From Bacilli bacterium (GTDB lineage Bacteria > Bacillota_I > Bacilli_A > RF39 > UBA660): a DNA stretch of 64,000 nucleotides. Shown piece after piece: positions 1 to 10,484 of this stretch. Position 1 is the first letter of the stretch, and the number at the start of each line of letters is the position of its first letter. Where the stretch lies: contig JAQWBL010000002.1 of assembly GCA_028706395.1 (NCBI GenBank), forward strand, positions 3,390-67,389, given 5' to 3'. The notes under the pieces were generated by a model. The model made no database searches, had not been told where the DNA came from, and saw only the letters and a program-made list of their open reading frames with translations. The translations under genes and the position numbers were made by a program.

Positions 1-198
1 TGTTGGTACTGTTCGATCAGGAATTGATAACTCTGTTAAAAAGTCTAATCGTTTATCAGGTACAAGTACAACACCTTGATTAGGTTCAATAGTTGCGAAG
101 GGATAATTTGCTGCTAAAATATTTTGTTTTGTAATAGCATTAAATAAAGTTGATTTTCCAACATTTGGAAGCCCCACAATACCAGCTTTTAAACTCAT
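1..198 (-). CDS. ychF: Ribosome-binding ATPase YchF, N-terminal fragment (gene continues beyond window start)
   Basis: Minus-strand translation from ATG at 198 reads [44 protein letters not shown]. It has a P-loop and a YchF-type N-terminus; GAGGTG RBS at 205-210. Confidence 0.9.
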   Translation of the reverse strand, partial: MSLKAGIVGLPNVGKSTLFNAITKQNILAANYPFATIEPNQGVVLVPDKRLDFLTELSIPDRTVPT

Positions 199-266
199 AA
201 TTTTCACCTCATATAAATTTCTAACTGTTGTATTATATCATAACTATTTATGATAGACAATGTCAT

Positions 267-297
267 AAAATAAAGGAACAAGTTTCTCTTGTCCCTC
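267..297 (-). terminator. Rho-independent terminator after the AbgT-like gene
   Basis: Minus-strand hairpin AGGGACAAG/CTTGTTCCT (one G-U pair) followed by a U-rich tail. Confidence 0.65.
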
Positions 298-302
298 AAA
301 TT

Positions 303-1832
303 TTAAAGAGCCGGATATGTGCTGGTGCCAAGTGGTAAACCAATTATAAACCAACAAACAATAATCAATAAAATCAAACCTGCTACAATCAAAATAGTTG
401 GCATTAATAAACGATAAGTTCCAAATATTGTGATTTTTTTATCTTCATTATATTTTTGAATAAATCCTAACATAATAATGAAATATACATAAATAGGAGT
501 CATAGATTTTCCTATTCCATCCGCCATCTTAAAAATAAATTGAGTAAAATCAGGTGTAATATTTGAACGCATAAACAAAGGTACAATCATTGGAGCCATT
601 AACGCCCATTTACCAATAGTTGATGGAATAAATATTCCCATTATTACAGTAACGATAAATAACGTTATAATTAATGGAAGTCCTGAAAACTCTAATGTAC
701 TCATAAAACTAATTAAATTAGAAGCAATAACTTCTCCTACATTAGTCCAATTAATAATAGCAATGATTTGAGTAGTAAAGAATAATAGTGTTAAAATATA
801 ACCAATTCCATACAATTCTTTTGAAACACTTTTACTATAATCAGCAGTGTTCTTAGTTATTTTTCTATAAACATATGTTATAAACATTATAATCCCTAAC
901 ATTATATAAGGAAAACCCTCTTTAAATGGAGCATTATCTGAAAATAAGCTTGCAAAATAAGTAGAACTTTCAGAATCTAATAATATTCCTGAAAAAGGCA
1001 GTCCAGGGATTATTGAATAAATCAATATACCTACAAAAAATATAAAGATGGTAGAAGCAACTATTATTGCCTTTTTATTATCCTTAGGATCGATATCTTC
1101 AATTATTTCTTCTTCGATTTCATCCTTTTTTCTTTTAGTTAATTTAGGAGATATTCTTTTTTCTAAACTGTATGTTAAAAGTAATGCCACAAGAATTAAT
1201 GTTGAAATTGATATATAAAAATTAGACATTAAATGATATTTATAATTTTTATCAACATCTATCTTAGCAGCTTGTTCAGTTAAAATTCCTAATAAATAAT
1301 CATTGTTATCACTAACAAACCCAGCTCCATAAGCAAGTGTAAGCCCTAAAAAGACAGTAATAATTCCAAGAATAGGATTCTTTCCTAATTCTTTATACAT
1401 CAATGCAACAAGTGGCATTAATAATAAATAGCTATAATCGCCTACAAACGAAAATAATGCACTTATTATTAAAACTAAAAATGTCAGAACAAATGGTTTA
1501 AGTTTTTTTAAAGGTGTAACTAATGGTTTTATAATACCACTAAAATCTATAAAACTAACAGTTATTAATGACACAATTAACAACCCTAGTGGTTCAAGAA
1601 CTTGAAAATTAGTTATAGCGCCTCCTAAAAGAAACTTAATACCTTCTATTGAAAAAATATTTTTAACTGTTATTAGTGAAGTTTCAAGATTATTATTAAC
1701 AATAGTTGTTTTTTGACCCTCCAATCCTAATAAAGATAAGATTGAACTTATAATCATAGTTAAAATCGCTATTAATATAATTACAAATATCGGGTTAATA
1801 TTTCTTTTTATTTGATCTTTTTTCTTCTTCAT
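303..1832 (-). CDS. AbgT-family-like polytopic transporter
   Basis: 509-aa multi-TM ORF. Size and N-terminal region (EGIKFLL..NF..LEPLGLLIV) resemble AbgT/MtrF transporters; call is by motif memory only. Confidence 0.55.
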   Translation of the reverse strand: MKKKKDQIKRNINPIFVIILIAILTMIISSILSLLGLEGQKTTIVNNNLETSLITVKNIFSIEGIKFLLGGAITNFQVLEPLGLLIVSLITVSFIDFSGIIKPLVTPLKKLKPFVLTFLVLIISALFSFVGDYSYLLLMPLVALMYKELGKNPILGIITVFLGLTLAYGAGFVSDNNDYLLGILTEQAAKIDVDKNYKYHLMSNFYISISTLILVALLLTYSLEKRISPKLTKRKKDEIEEEIIEDIDPKDNKKAIIVASTIFIFFVGILIYSIIPGLPFSGILLDSESSTYFASLFSDNAPFKEGFPYIMLGIIMFITYVYRKITKNTADYSKSVSKELYGIGYILTLLFFTTQIIAIINWTNVGEVIASNLISFMSTLEFSGLPLIITLFIVTVIMGIFIPSTIGKWALMAPMIVPLFMRSNITPDFTQFIFKMADGIGKSMTPIYVYFIIMLGFIQKYNEDKKITIFGTYRLLMPTILIVAGLILLIIVCWFIIGLPLGTSTYPAL

Positions 1833-1840
1833 AAATCCTC

Positions 1841-2026
1841 CTAGTAAGTTATAATCTTTTTCAACTTTTTATTGAATTCAATTCTTGGAAGCATAATACT
1901 TCTATCGCAATTGCAGCACTTTATTTTTATGTCAGCTCCAACACGAGTAATTATCCATTCATTAGTTCCACATGGATGTTGTTTTTTCATGACAACAATA
2001 CTACCCACTTTATATTCTTTATCCAT
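1841..2026 (-). CDS. DUF951 (YyzM-like) small protein
   Basis: 61 aa with the KVGSIV.MKK.HPCG..W.I.R.GADI...C..C pattern. Sits in the conserved position between ychF and the parB block in Bacillota. Confidence 0.7.
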   Translation of the reverse strand: MDKEYKVGSIVVMKKQHPCGTNEWIITRVGADIKIKCCNCDRSIMLPRIEFNKKLKKIITY

Positions 2027-2812
2027 CTAATTCTCCTCTTTAGACAATAATTCTTCTTTATTAGCTTTTAGACTTGTTACGATTTTTGTAAAAATAATAT
2101 TCTTTGTTTCTTCAACTTTTAAATGTTTTACTTCAACACGAATTCGATAATCAAGTGTGGCTCCGTTAGCAGCCATTGCACTTAATCCAACAAATTCAAC
2201 TTGTCCTTTAATATTTTTTAATTCATCTGTTAATTCCAAACATATTTTTTCGAAAAAGGCTTTTATTTTAATTACATCATAATCAGATGAAATCGGAATA
2301 TCAATTGTTATTATTGGATTTTTAATACTATTATTAATAGATTGATCAACATAACGATTAGGGATGGTTTTAACTTCACCATTATAAGCTGCTATTTTTG
2401 TAGTTTTCAAACCAAAACTTATAACTTGACCACTATACCCACCAACCGTAATATGATCTCCAACAGCATATTGATTTTCTAAAATAATAAACATTCCAGC
2501 TACAAAATCTTTTAAAATATCTTGTAATGATAATCCAATTACTAATCCAAGAATACCTAGAGAAGCTACAATGTTTTTAGTTTCAACACCAAATGCTTCT
2601 AATACTAATAAACCACAAATAACAATTAGTGTATATTTTACAAGATTAGTAAATAAACTAATTATAGTTTCGTGTTTACGATGATTTATTCTAGATGAGG
2701 ATAAAAATCTTTTTATTATTTTTTTTAACGTTACATATATAATAAAACTGACAATTATCGCAACAATTGGTAAAATAATTTCTTTTGTTAAAACCTTTTC
2801 AATCTTTTCCAT
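2027..2812 (-). CDS. Small-conductance mechanosensitive channel (MscS family)
   Basis: Three N-terminal TM helices followed by an MscS beta-domain motif (QYAVGDHITVGGYSGQVISFGLKTTKI). Confidence 0.8.
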   Translation of the reverse strand: MEKIEKVLTKEIILPIVAIIVSFIIYVTLKKIIKRFLSSSRINHRKHETIISLFTNLVKYTLIVICGLLVLEAFGVETKNIVASLGILGLVIGLSLQDILKDFVAGMFIILENQYAVGDHITVGGYSGQVISFGLKTTKIAAYNGEVKTIPNRYVDQSINNSIKNPIITIDIPISSDYDVIKIKAFFEKICLELTDELKNIKGQVEFVGLSAMAANGATLDYRIRVEVKHLKVEETKNIIFTKIVTSLKANKEELLSKEEN

Positions 2813-2816
2813 ACAA

Positions 2817-3698
2817 CTACTCCTTAATATTTATAATTTCTAAAATACGATTCAAATCAGCAGTATTATTAAAGTTGATAATTATTTTATTATCTTTTAT
2901 CTTAATTTTAGTATCCAGTTTTTCTCCTAATAAATCCTCAACGTATTTATAATTTTGTTTTTCTTCTGGAACACGACGGGCTATTTTAACTCGTCTTTCA
3001 AATTCCTCGCCTTCCGTGACTCGCTCTAATTCACGAACAGGAATTTGTTGATTTATAATTTTATGTGCTGTTTCAATTATTTGTGTTTGATTATCTAATT
3101 TACTTAAGATACGAGCATGCCCCATTGTTAATTGACTATTTACAATCATGTCTTGAACTTCTTGTGGTAAACGCAAAAGGCCTAGAATATTAGTGATATG
3201 ACTTCTACTTTTTCCAACCTTTTTAGATAATTCCTCGTGAGTTAAATTTAATTTATCTAGCATTTGTTGATAAGCATTTGCTTCTTCAATAGCACTTAAA
3301 TTTTCTCTTTGTAGATTTTCTAATAAAGCAATTTCCATCATTTGAACATCATTAAAATTTCTTACAATAGCTGGAATTGTCTCTAGTCCAGCTTTTTTAC
3401 TTGCTCGAACTCTTCGCTCACCAGCAATTATTTCATAACCTTTTATAGTCTTTTTTATTATAATTGGTTGAAAAACACCATGTTCTTTTATTGAAGACGC
3501 TAATTCATCAATAGCATTTTCATCAAAAACTTTACGCGGTTGATACGGATTCGGTCTTAATTCATTTAAATTAATTTCAATTATTTCTTCGCGATTAGCT
3601 GTTTCATATATTTTTTTTTCGACACTAGCGAGATCTAAATTTTCACTATTAAAAAGTTGCTCTAATCCCATACCTAGGGCTCTTTTTTTATTTTCCAT
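2817..3698 (-). CDS. parB: Chromosome partitioning protein ParB/Spo0J
   Basis: ParB N-domain IIAGERRVRASKKAGLETIPAIV; HTH with Spo0J-type residues (KSRSHITN, TMGHARIL). ATG at 3698 preferred over the TTG at 3707 because of GGAAGTG RBS spacing. Confidence 0.9.
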   Translation of the reverse strand: MENKKRALGMGLEQLFNSENLDLASVEKKIYETANREEIIEINLNELRPNPYQPRKVFDENAIDELASSIKEHGVFQPIIIKKTIKGYEIIAGERRVRASKKAGLETIPAIVRNFNDVQMMEIALLENLQRENLSAIEEANAYQQMLDKLNLTHEELSKKVGKSRSHITNILGLLRLPQEVQDMIVNSQLTMGHARILSKLDNQTQIIETAHKIINQQIPVRELERVTEGEEFERRVKIARRVPEEKQNYKYVEDLLGEKLDTKIKIKDNKIIINFNNTADLNRILEIINIKE

Positions 3699-4473
3699 TT
3701 CTTTCAATCACTTCCTTAGCTAAATTCAAATATGCTTCTGTTCCACGACTTTGTGGATCATAAGCTAGAATTGGTTTACCATGACTTGGTGCCTCTGATA
3801 AACGAACTAGTCTTGGAATTATTGTATCATATACACGTTCCTTAAAATAGCTTTTAATTTCTTCAACCACTTCAAGACCTAACTTAGTTCTACTATCTAA
3901 CATTGTAAGTAATACCCCTTCAATATCAAGGGTTGGATTTAAATTTTTCTGAGCAAGCATTATTGTATTTAATAGTTGCATAATTCCTTCTAAAGCAAAA
4001 AATTCACACTGAACAGGAATTATAACTGAATCACTAGCAGTTAATGCATTAGTTGTTAAAATTCCTAAAGATGGAGGACAATCAATAATTATATAATCAA
4101 ACATTTCTTTTGTTTCGTTTAAATATTTTTTTAATTGACCACCCTTAGCAAAACCTGGTTCTTGACGACTTTTATCCATTAATTCAATATCTACTCCAGC
4201 TAAGTTTATTGTAGCAGGAATTACATATAAATTTTTAAATTTTGTTTTTACAATTACTTCATTTAATGTCGCTTCATCAATTAATAAATCATATATACTT
4301 TTTTTGATATCTGCTTTATTTAAACCAATCCCTGTTGTTGTATTTCCTTGGGGATCTAAATCAACTAACAAAACTTTTTTTCTCAATATACCTAATGAGG
4401 CTGCTAAATTTATACTTGATGTTGTTTTTCCAACTCCACCTTTTTGATTAACTAGTGAAATTATCTTTCCCAT
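3688..4473 (-). CDS. parA: Chromosome partitioning ATPase ParA/Soj
   Basis: Deviant Walker A KGGVGKTT near the N-terminus; 261 aa; 3' end overlaps the parB start. Confidence 0.92.
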   Translation of the reverse strand: MGKIISLVNQKGGVGKTTSSINLAASLGILRKKVLLVDLDPQGNTTTGIGLNKADIKKSIYDLLIDEATLNEVIVKTKFKNLYVIPATINLAGVDIELMDKSRQEPGFAKGGQLKKYLNETKEMFDYIIIDCPPSLGILTTNALTASDSVIIPVQCEFFALEGIMQLLNTIMLAQKNLNPTLDIEGVLLTMLDSRTKLGLEVVEEIKSYFKERVYDTIIPRLVRLSEAPSHGKPILAYDPQSRGTEAYLNLAKEVIERNGK

Positions 4474-4564
4474 TCTATCACCATTTTCTATATGTATATC
4501 TAATTAATATTTTATCATAAACTAAATAATAAATCTATGATATCAACCTAATAAAAAAGATATT

Positions 4565-5470
4565 TTAATTAATATCTTTAGTAGCTGAAGAAGCAGCAAT
4601 TGTTCCTTCTCCAATAGCAGTAGTTATTTGATATATCTCTTTTTTTATAACATCACCACAAGCATAGATATTTTTAATATTAGTTCGCATTGTTTTATCA
4701 ACTAATACATATTTGTTATCTAATTTAACACCAGACTTATCTAAGTAAGAAGTATCTGGAACTTGACCAATATAAATAAACATTCCATCGACTTCAAGTT
4801 TACTTGTTTGATCATCGGTTGTTATTTCAATTCCTTTTAATTTATCATCTTCTGGAATTATTGTACTTACCACACTATTATACTTTACCTTTATATTACT
4901 ACGATTTTTCATTTTATCAATGGTAGCTTTGTCAGCAGTTAATTCTTCACGGCGATGAATTAAAAAAACTTCAGAACAAATGGTTGATAAATAGATTGCT
5001 GCTTCAACAGCACCATTTCCTCCACCAACTACAGCAACTGGTTTATCCTTAAAGAAAAAACCATCACATAATGCACAAAAACCAATTCCTCGACCAACTA
5101 ATTTATCTTCATTTTCCAATCCTAGCTTTCTTGGAACTCGACCACTAGCGATAATTACTGCTTTACTTTTTATTTCTTCAGTTTCAGTTTTTACAATTTT
5201 GTACTCTCCAAAATCTTCAACAGAAATCACATTTCCATATTTATAAGTAACATTTAAATCAGTAACTTGCTTGTTCATATTCATTGATAAGGTAGGTCCT
5301 TCAACCTTAGTAAACCCTGGATAATTTTCAATATTAATAATATTATTCATTAATCCTCCAGGAGCACCTTTTTCAATTATCGCAACATTTAAATTTGCAC
5401 GTCTTAGATATATTGCAGCAGTCATTCCCGCAGGGCCACTACCTATTACAACACAATCAAAATTTAACAT
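4565..5470 (-). CDS. trxB: Thioredoxin-disulfide reductase
   Basis: GSGPAG and GGGNGAVEAA dinucleotide motifs; redox CALCDG. Start moved to ATG at 5470 (AGGAGA 9 nt upstream); the longer tracked ORF overlaps lgt. Confidence 0.88.
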   Translation of the reverse strand: MLNFDCVVIGSGPAGMTAAIYLRRANLNVAIIEKGAPGGLMNNIINIENYPGFTKVEGPTLSMNMNKQVTDLNVTYKYGNVISVEDFGEYKIVKTETEEIKSKAVIIASGRVPRKLGLENEDKLVGRGIGFCALCDGFFFKDKPVAVVGGGNGAVEAAIYLSTICSEVFLIHRREELTADKATIDKMKNRSNIKVKYNSVVSTIIPEDDKLKGIEITTDDQTSKLEVDGMFIYIGQVPDTSYLDKSGVKLDNKYVLVDKTMRTNIKNIYACGDVIKKEIYQITTAIGEGTIAASSATKDIN

Positions 5471-6272
5471 CTTCAACATTCTCCTCATCATTGTATAAAT
5501 TACTCAATTTTGATCCTCGGCTTTTTAAAATAAATAATATTAACCCGATTACAACCATTGAAACTGATGCAACTTGAGCCATTTTTAAATCATTAAACAT
5601 TAAACTATCAGTTCTAAGACTTTCTATAAAAAATCTTCCAACACCGTACCACATTAGATAAAAAGCGGTTATTTGACCTATTTTAATATATTTATATCGG
5701 CGAATTAATAATATCAAAACAAATCCCACTAAGCACCAAAGTGATTCATATAAAAATGTAGGTTGATAATAAACACCATTTATTTGCATTCCATCAATTA
5801 TAAATTGGGGAATATGGATACTTTGTAAAAATTCAAGGGTTGTTGCAGCGCCATGGGCCTCTTGATTAAAAAAATTACCCCAACGACCAATTGCTTGACC
5901 GATAAGCATACCAACTGCCATTATATCTAATAATCTAAATAAATTAGCTTTATGTTTTTTAGCATAAAAAATAACAAATAAAATACCGAAGATAATGGCA
6001 CCATGGATTGCTATTCCACCTTCCCATACTTTAAATATATCAACGATATCATTTTTATAATAATCAAAATTAAAAGTTACATAATATAATCTTGCACCGA
6101 TTATTGATATTGGTATAAGAAAGAAAAATAAATTAATCATAAAATCTTCATTAATTTTCCATTTTCCAGCTTCTTTAATAGCAATTGTTCCACCAACTAA
6201 TAATCCAGTTAAAATTATAATGGAATACCAATATATTTTAATAATACCTAAATCTAAAAATATTGAATTCAT
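5457..6272 (-). CDS. lgt: Prolipoprotein diacylglyceryl transferase
   Basis: Polytopic protein with Lgt motifs GGIAIHGAI and GRWGNFFNQEAHG. Confidence 0.9.
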   Translation of the reverse strand: MNSIFLDLGIIKIYWYSIIILTGLLVGGTIAIKEAGKWKINEDFMINLFFFLIPISIIGARLYYVTFNFDYYKNDIVDIFKVWEGGIAIHGAIIFGILFVIFYAKKHKANLFRLLDIMAVGMLIGQAIGRWGNFFNQEAHGAATTLEFLQSIHIPQFIIDGMQINGVYYQPTFLYESLWCLVGFVLILLIRRYKYIKIGQITAFYLMWYGVGRFFIESLRTDSLMFNDLKMAQVASVSMVVIGLILFILKSRGSKLSNLYNDEENVEDVKF

Positions 6273-6694
6273 CTAGCATTCCTCCTCAGTATTGGTTCAA
6301 TAACTAATGCACTCATTAATAAATTCATTGCTGAAATGCATATAGCAACAATGAAACTCATAAAAAGGTTTCCCATATTAAAGTGATCTCCTAATATAAA
6401 ATCAACCATATTTAAAATAAAAACATTTATAAAAGGATAAAATAATCCTAAAGTTAAACCAGTAATTGGTAAGGTTAACCAAATTAAAACAGGCTTTATT
6501 GTTTTATTTAAAATGTATATTATAATGGCTGCCATTAATCCCCAAAATCCAAAGTAACTATCGTCTATATAAATAGTATTTTTAAAAATTAAAGATACAG
6601 CTATTAGCACCAAAGCATATCCAAACATATGAATTAACCAATCAATAAAACTATTAAGACGTTTAGATTGATTGTTTACTATTACTATCTTCAT
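6269..6694 (-). CDS. DUF360/YvlD-like four-TM membrane protein (holin superfamily IV-like)
   Basis: 141 aa with about 4 TM segments; ATGA overlap couples it to lgt; AGGAGG RBS. Confidence 0.5.
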   Translation of the reverse strand: MKIVIVNNQSKRLNSFIDWLIHMFGYALVLIAVSLIFKNTIYIDDSYFGFWGLMAAIIIYILNKTIKPVLIWLTLPITGLTLGLFYPFINVFILNMVDFILGDHFNMGNLFMSFIVAICISAMNLLMSALVIEPILRRNAR

Positions 6695-6802
6695 ATTTCC
6701 TCCTTATTACATTTTTGCTATCTTTTATATTATATAATATTTATGATTTTATTACAATATTTTGTGACAAAAGATGTAAGTGTTAAAATAACACAATGTT
6801 AT

Positions 6803-8752
6803 TTAACTCTTTAATTCTAATAAGATATCCCTTAATTCTGTTGCTCGTTCAAAATCTAGGTTTTTAGCTGCTTCACGCATCTCAACTTCAATATTCATTA
6901 TTAAATTTATCTTATCTTTCTTGCTTAATTTTTCTGGTTTTACTTCCTCAAGTTCTTGATTATTGCTTATTAATTCTCTTACCGATTTCATAATTGTTTG
7001 TGGAATTATGTTGTTCTTTTCATTATATTTTTCTTGAATCAAACGACGGCGATTTGTCTCTGTTATCGCCACGTTCATTGCATCACTTATTTTATCAGCA
7101 TACATTATAACTTTACCGTTAGCATTTCTTGCGGCTCGACCAATGGTCTGGATTAAACTTCTAGAGCTTCTAAGAAAACCTTGCTTATCAGCATCTAAAA
7201 TAGCAATTAAACTAACTTCTGGAATATCTAATCCTTCTCTTAATAAATTAATACCAACTAAAACATCATATTTTCCTAATCTTAAATCCCTAATTATTTT
7301 TAATCTTTCAAGAGTTATTATTTCACTATGTAAATAAGCAACCTTTATATCCATCTTTTTTAAATAGGCAGTTAATTCTTCAGACATTTTAATTGTTAAT
7401 GTTGTTATTAATGTTCTTTCGTTTTTGGCTATTTGATCATGAATATTGGCAATTAAACTATCAATTTGTCCTTTAGTAGGTTTTATTTCAATCAATGGGT
7501 CAAGTAATCCAGTTGGTCGAATTATTTGCTCAATTATTTTGTCATCAGCTTTTTTCAATTCATAATCTCCAGGTGTGGCAGATACATAAATCACATTTTT
7601 TAATTTTTTTTCAAATTCGTCAAACTTTAAAGGACGATTATCTTTAGCACTAGGAAGTCTAAATCCATAATCCACAAGTGTAGATTTTCTAGATTGATCT
7701 CCATTATACATCCCACCAATTTGAGGAATAGTCACGTGTGATTCATCAATTATCATTAAAAAATCATCACCAAAAAAATCAATTAAAGTTGTGGGAGTTT
7801 CACCCGCTTCCTTTAAGGCAATATGCCTTGCATAATTTTCAACACCACGGCAAAATCCTGTTTCTGATAACATCTCCAAATCATAATTGGTTCGTTCTTG
7901 TAAGCGTTGATACTCCAAAAGCTTACCTTCTTTTTGAAATTTATCTAACTGTTCTTCTAATTCTGCTCTAATATTCTTAATAGCAACCTTTAATTTTTCT
8001 TCACTCGTTACAAAGTGACTAGCAGGAAAAATGCTAATTGATTTTTTATTGGATATTAGTTCACCGGTTAATATATCAAATTCATTTATTTTTTCAATTT
8101 CATCTCCAAAAAAGTCAATTCTAATAGCTTTCCCGTGTTGACTAATAGGAACAATTTCTAAAATATCACCACGAACTCTGAAAGAACCTCTTTTTAAATC
8201 AATATTATTTCGTTCATAAAGCATATCAATTAATTTTTCGATAATTACATTACGATCAACATTATCTCCGACATTAATTGTTAGCATTTTCTTTTTATAC
8301 TCATCAATTTCACCAATACCATAAATACAAGAAACTGATGCAACGACTATTACATCATCATTATTAAGCAAAGCAGAAGTTGCTGAGTGGCGAAGCTCAT
8401 CAATTTCATCATTAATTGATGCATCTTTTTCAATATATGTATCTGTTTTTGCTACATAAGCTTCAGGTTGATAGTAATCATAATATGAAACAAAGTATTC
8501 TACCTTGTTGTTCGGAAATAATTCCTTTAATTCGCTGTATAACTGACCAGCTAAAGTTTTATTGTGCGCTAAAACAAGTGTTTTTTTATTAACACTAGCT
8601 ATTACATTAGCGACTGTAAAAGTTTTACCAGTACCAGTTGCACCAAGTAAAACTTGATGTTTCTCACCATTGTTAATGTTGTTAATTAATTCTTCAATGG
8701 CCTTAGGCTGATCACCAGCTGGTTTATATTTTGAAACAAGTTCGAATTTCAT
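6803..8752 (-). CDS. uvrB: Excinuclease ABC subunit B
   Basis: Walker [13 protein letters not shown] box ([11 protein letters not shown]), C-terminal UvrB/UvrC interaction helix (FERATELRD). Confidence 0.97.
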   Translation of the reverse strand: MKFELVSKYKPAGDQPKAIEELINNINNGEKHQVLLGATGTGKTFTVANVIASVNKKTLVLAHNKTLAGQLYSELKELFPNNKVEYFVSYYDYYQPEAYVAKTDTYIEKDASINDEIDELRHSATSALLNNDDVIVVASVSCIYGIGEIDEYKKKMLTINVGDNVDRNVIIEKLIDMLYERNNIDLKRGSFRVRGDILEIVPISQHGKAIRIDFFGDEIEKINEFDILTGELISNKKSISIFPASHFVTSEEKLKVAIKNIRAELEEQLDKFQKEGKLLEYQRLQERTNYDLEMLSETGFCRGVENYARHIALKEAGETPTTLIDFFGDDFLMIIDESHVTIPQIGGMYNGDQSRKSTLVDYGFRLPSAKDNRPLKFDEFEKKLKNVIYVSATPGDYELKKADDKIIEQIIRPTGLLDPLIEIKPTKGQIDSLIANIHDQIAKNERTLITTLTIKMSEELTAYLKKMDIKVAYLHSEIITLERLKIIRDLRLGKYDVLVGINLLREGLDIPEVSLIAILDADKQGFLRSSRSLIQTIGRAARNANGKVIMYADKISDAMNVAITETNRRRLIQEKYNEKNNIIPQTIMKSVRELISNNQELEEVKPEKLSKKDKINLIMNIEVEMREAAKNLDFERATELRDILLELKS

Positions 8753-8817
8753 ATTACCACCCCAATCATTTTATCATTATTAGTTTATATAAACAAGGTT
8801 TTGCTTAATTAGAAGTC

Positions 8818-8847
8818 AGTAAAAAGGAGTTAAAAATCTAACTCCTT
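8818..8847 (-). terminator. Terminator after the noc-like gene
   Basis: Hairpin AAGGAGTTA/TAACTCCTT with a short U tail on the minus strand. Confidence 0.55.
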
Positions 8848-8866
8848 CTATATAATTTTATATACA

Positions 8867-10366
8867 TTATTTAATTTTGCTTATTTTGAAAGTAATTTGA
8901 TAGTTATCACCAAAATCCACTTCGTCAACATCAATAAAGTAGCCAAGTTCCTCAATCTTTTTACCACAATTTCTAGCGTACATTATAACTTCTTGAAAAT
9001 TACCAGGATTATTTACAACACTACTAGAATCTAAATCATTAACTGATGGTATATTGTAATTTGGACCAAAAGTATCAACTTCTTCAACTACAACTTTAGG
9101 GTCTTCAATTACTTCTTCTGATGTTTCATCATCAAAATTAAAATTATAATCGGGTTGAATATTATCAAAATAGTTACTATTAGAAAACTCATTATTTTGG
9201 GTCGGTTTAACTTCATTTTCAACACTATAATTAATTTCAGGTTTCAAAGGTTCTTCAGTTATAACTGATTCATCAATTATATCTTCATCTTTAGATATTT
9301 GTGTTGGCACTACATCATCTAACTTAAAATCAAAATCATTAAACTTTCCATCATCATATTCAGCAGTTTCAAAGTTATTAACATCATTGTTAACAAAACT
9401 AAAGAATTTTCCCTGTGTCACTTGAGGTTCAACAATAGGATCATTTTGAATTGGATTTAAATCTGTAAATTGGTCGTCTGATTTCAACAAACTATCCAAA
9501 TCTGCCACTGGTTTTTCAACATGAATTTCTTCAGCATTTTTTTCGATTTTATCTATATCCAAAAAACCTGGTTTAAAATTAGTTTCTGGAATATCTTTTT
9601 TAGAAGCAGATATAGGAGTTGGTTGATTATCGATGTCTTCAAAATCATCAAAAATTTCTATATCTTCAATTATAGGTGCTGACGGCATGTTAAAAATATC
9701 CTTTTGAGATGTATTATTCATTTTAATTTCCTCATTTCGGTTTTCTTCAGGATTTTTTACAACATCCAAGATTTTATCAATTTCTTCATCAGTTCTTCTA
9801 ACAGTTAAACGCTCACTAATAATTCTATTCAACATTTCTTGTTGTTTTGTTTTATCAGATAATCTAAGCAAAGAACGAGCATGTCTTTCAGATATTTTAT
9901 TATCCAATAATGCATCTTGAACAGAATCATCTAAATTAAGTAATCTTAATTTATTAGAAATTGTTGATTGATTGCGATCAATTTTGTTTGCTAATGATTC
10001 CTGATTCAAATAACCCATATCTAATATTTTTTTATAAGATACAGCTTCTTCAATAGGGGTTAAGTCTTTTCTTTGAATATTCTCAATAAGCGCCACTTCA
10101 GCACTATCTTGATCATTTAAATTATTAATAATGGCTGGAATCGTTTCTAACCCTGCGACAGTGCTTGCTTTATATCTTCTTTCACCCGCAATTATTTCAT
10201 ATTTATCACCAATTTCCCTAACTAAAATTGGTTGAATTACACCATGTTCTTTTATAGAACCAGCCAATTCATTTATAGCTTTTTCATCAAATTTAATTCT
10301 CGGTTGAAATCTATTAGGTAATATATCATCCAAATTTAAATTTACAATCTTTTTATCGCTTTCCAC
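8867..10366 (-). CDS. noc: Noc-type ParB paralog (nucleoid occlusion-like) with a long acidic low-complexity insertion
   Basis: ParB N-domain (LPNRFQPR, IIAGERRYKAS). HTH carries Noc-type residues (NQSTISNKLRLL, ISERHARSLL) rather than Spo0J-type. Sits downstream of rsmG as in B. subtilis. GTG start with GGGAGG RBS. 499 aa because of a D/E/N-rich insert of about 240 aa. Confidence 0.7.
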   Translation of the reverse strand: MESDKKIVNLNLDDILPNRFQPRIKFDEKAINELAGSIKEHGVIQPILVREIGDKYEIIAGERRYKASTVAGLETIPAIINNLNDQDSAEVALIENIQRKDLTPIEEAVSYKKILDMGYLNQESLANKIDRNQSTISNKLRLLNLDDSVQDALLDNKISERHARSLLRLSDKTKQQEMLNRIISERLTVRRTDEEIDKILDVVKNPEENRNEEIKMNNTSQKDIFNMPSAPIIEDIEIFDDFEDIDNQPTPISASKKDIPETNFKPGFLDIDKIEKNAEEIHVEKPVADLDSLLKSDDQFTDLNPIQNDPIVEPQVTQGKFFSFVNNDVNNFETAEYDDGKFNDFDFKLDDVVPTQISKDEDIIDESVITEEPLKPEINYSVENEVKPTQNNEFSNSNYFDNIQPDYNFNFDDETSEEVIEDPKVVVEEVDTFGPNYNIPSVNDLDSSSVVNNPGNFQEVIMYARNCGKKIEELGYFIDVDEVDFGDNYQITFKISKIK

Positions 10367-10432
10367 ACTTTACCTCCCTTTTTATTCTTTTATATATATA
10401 TAATACTATAATTTTTAAGATAAAACAATATG

Positions 10433-10454
10433 TTTTGGGAAATATTTCCCAAAA
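10433..10454. promoter_or_regulatory. Perfect 22-bp palindrome TTTTGGGAAATATTTCCCAAAA upstream of noc
   Basis: Read directly. Composed of the two NBS half-sites (ATTTCCC/GGGAAAT) in swapped order; lies about 70-90 nt upstream of the noc GTG. Confidence 0.5.
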
Positions 10455-10484
10455 AAATATAAAGTGAGATTGAACTCACTTTAT
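10451..10484 (-). terminator. Terminator overlapping the rsmG stop codon
   Basis: Minus-strand hairpin AAAGTGAG/CTCACTTT followed by a U-rich tail (AUAUUUUUUU). Confidence 0.7.

Noticed and set aside
3739-3754. TGTTCCACGACTTTGT at the 3' end of parA, a possible parS.
   Set aside because: Only the left half matches the parS consensus; the right half does not.
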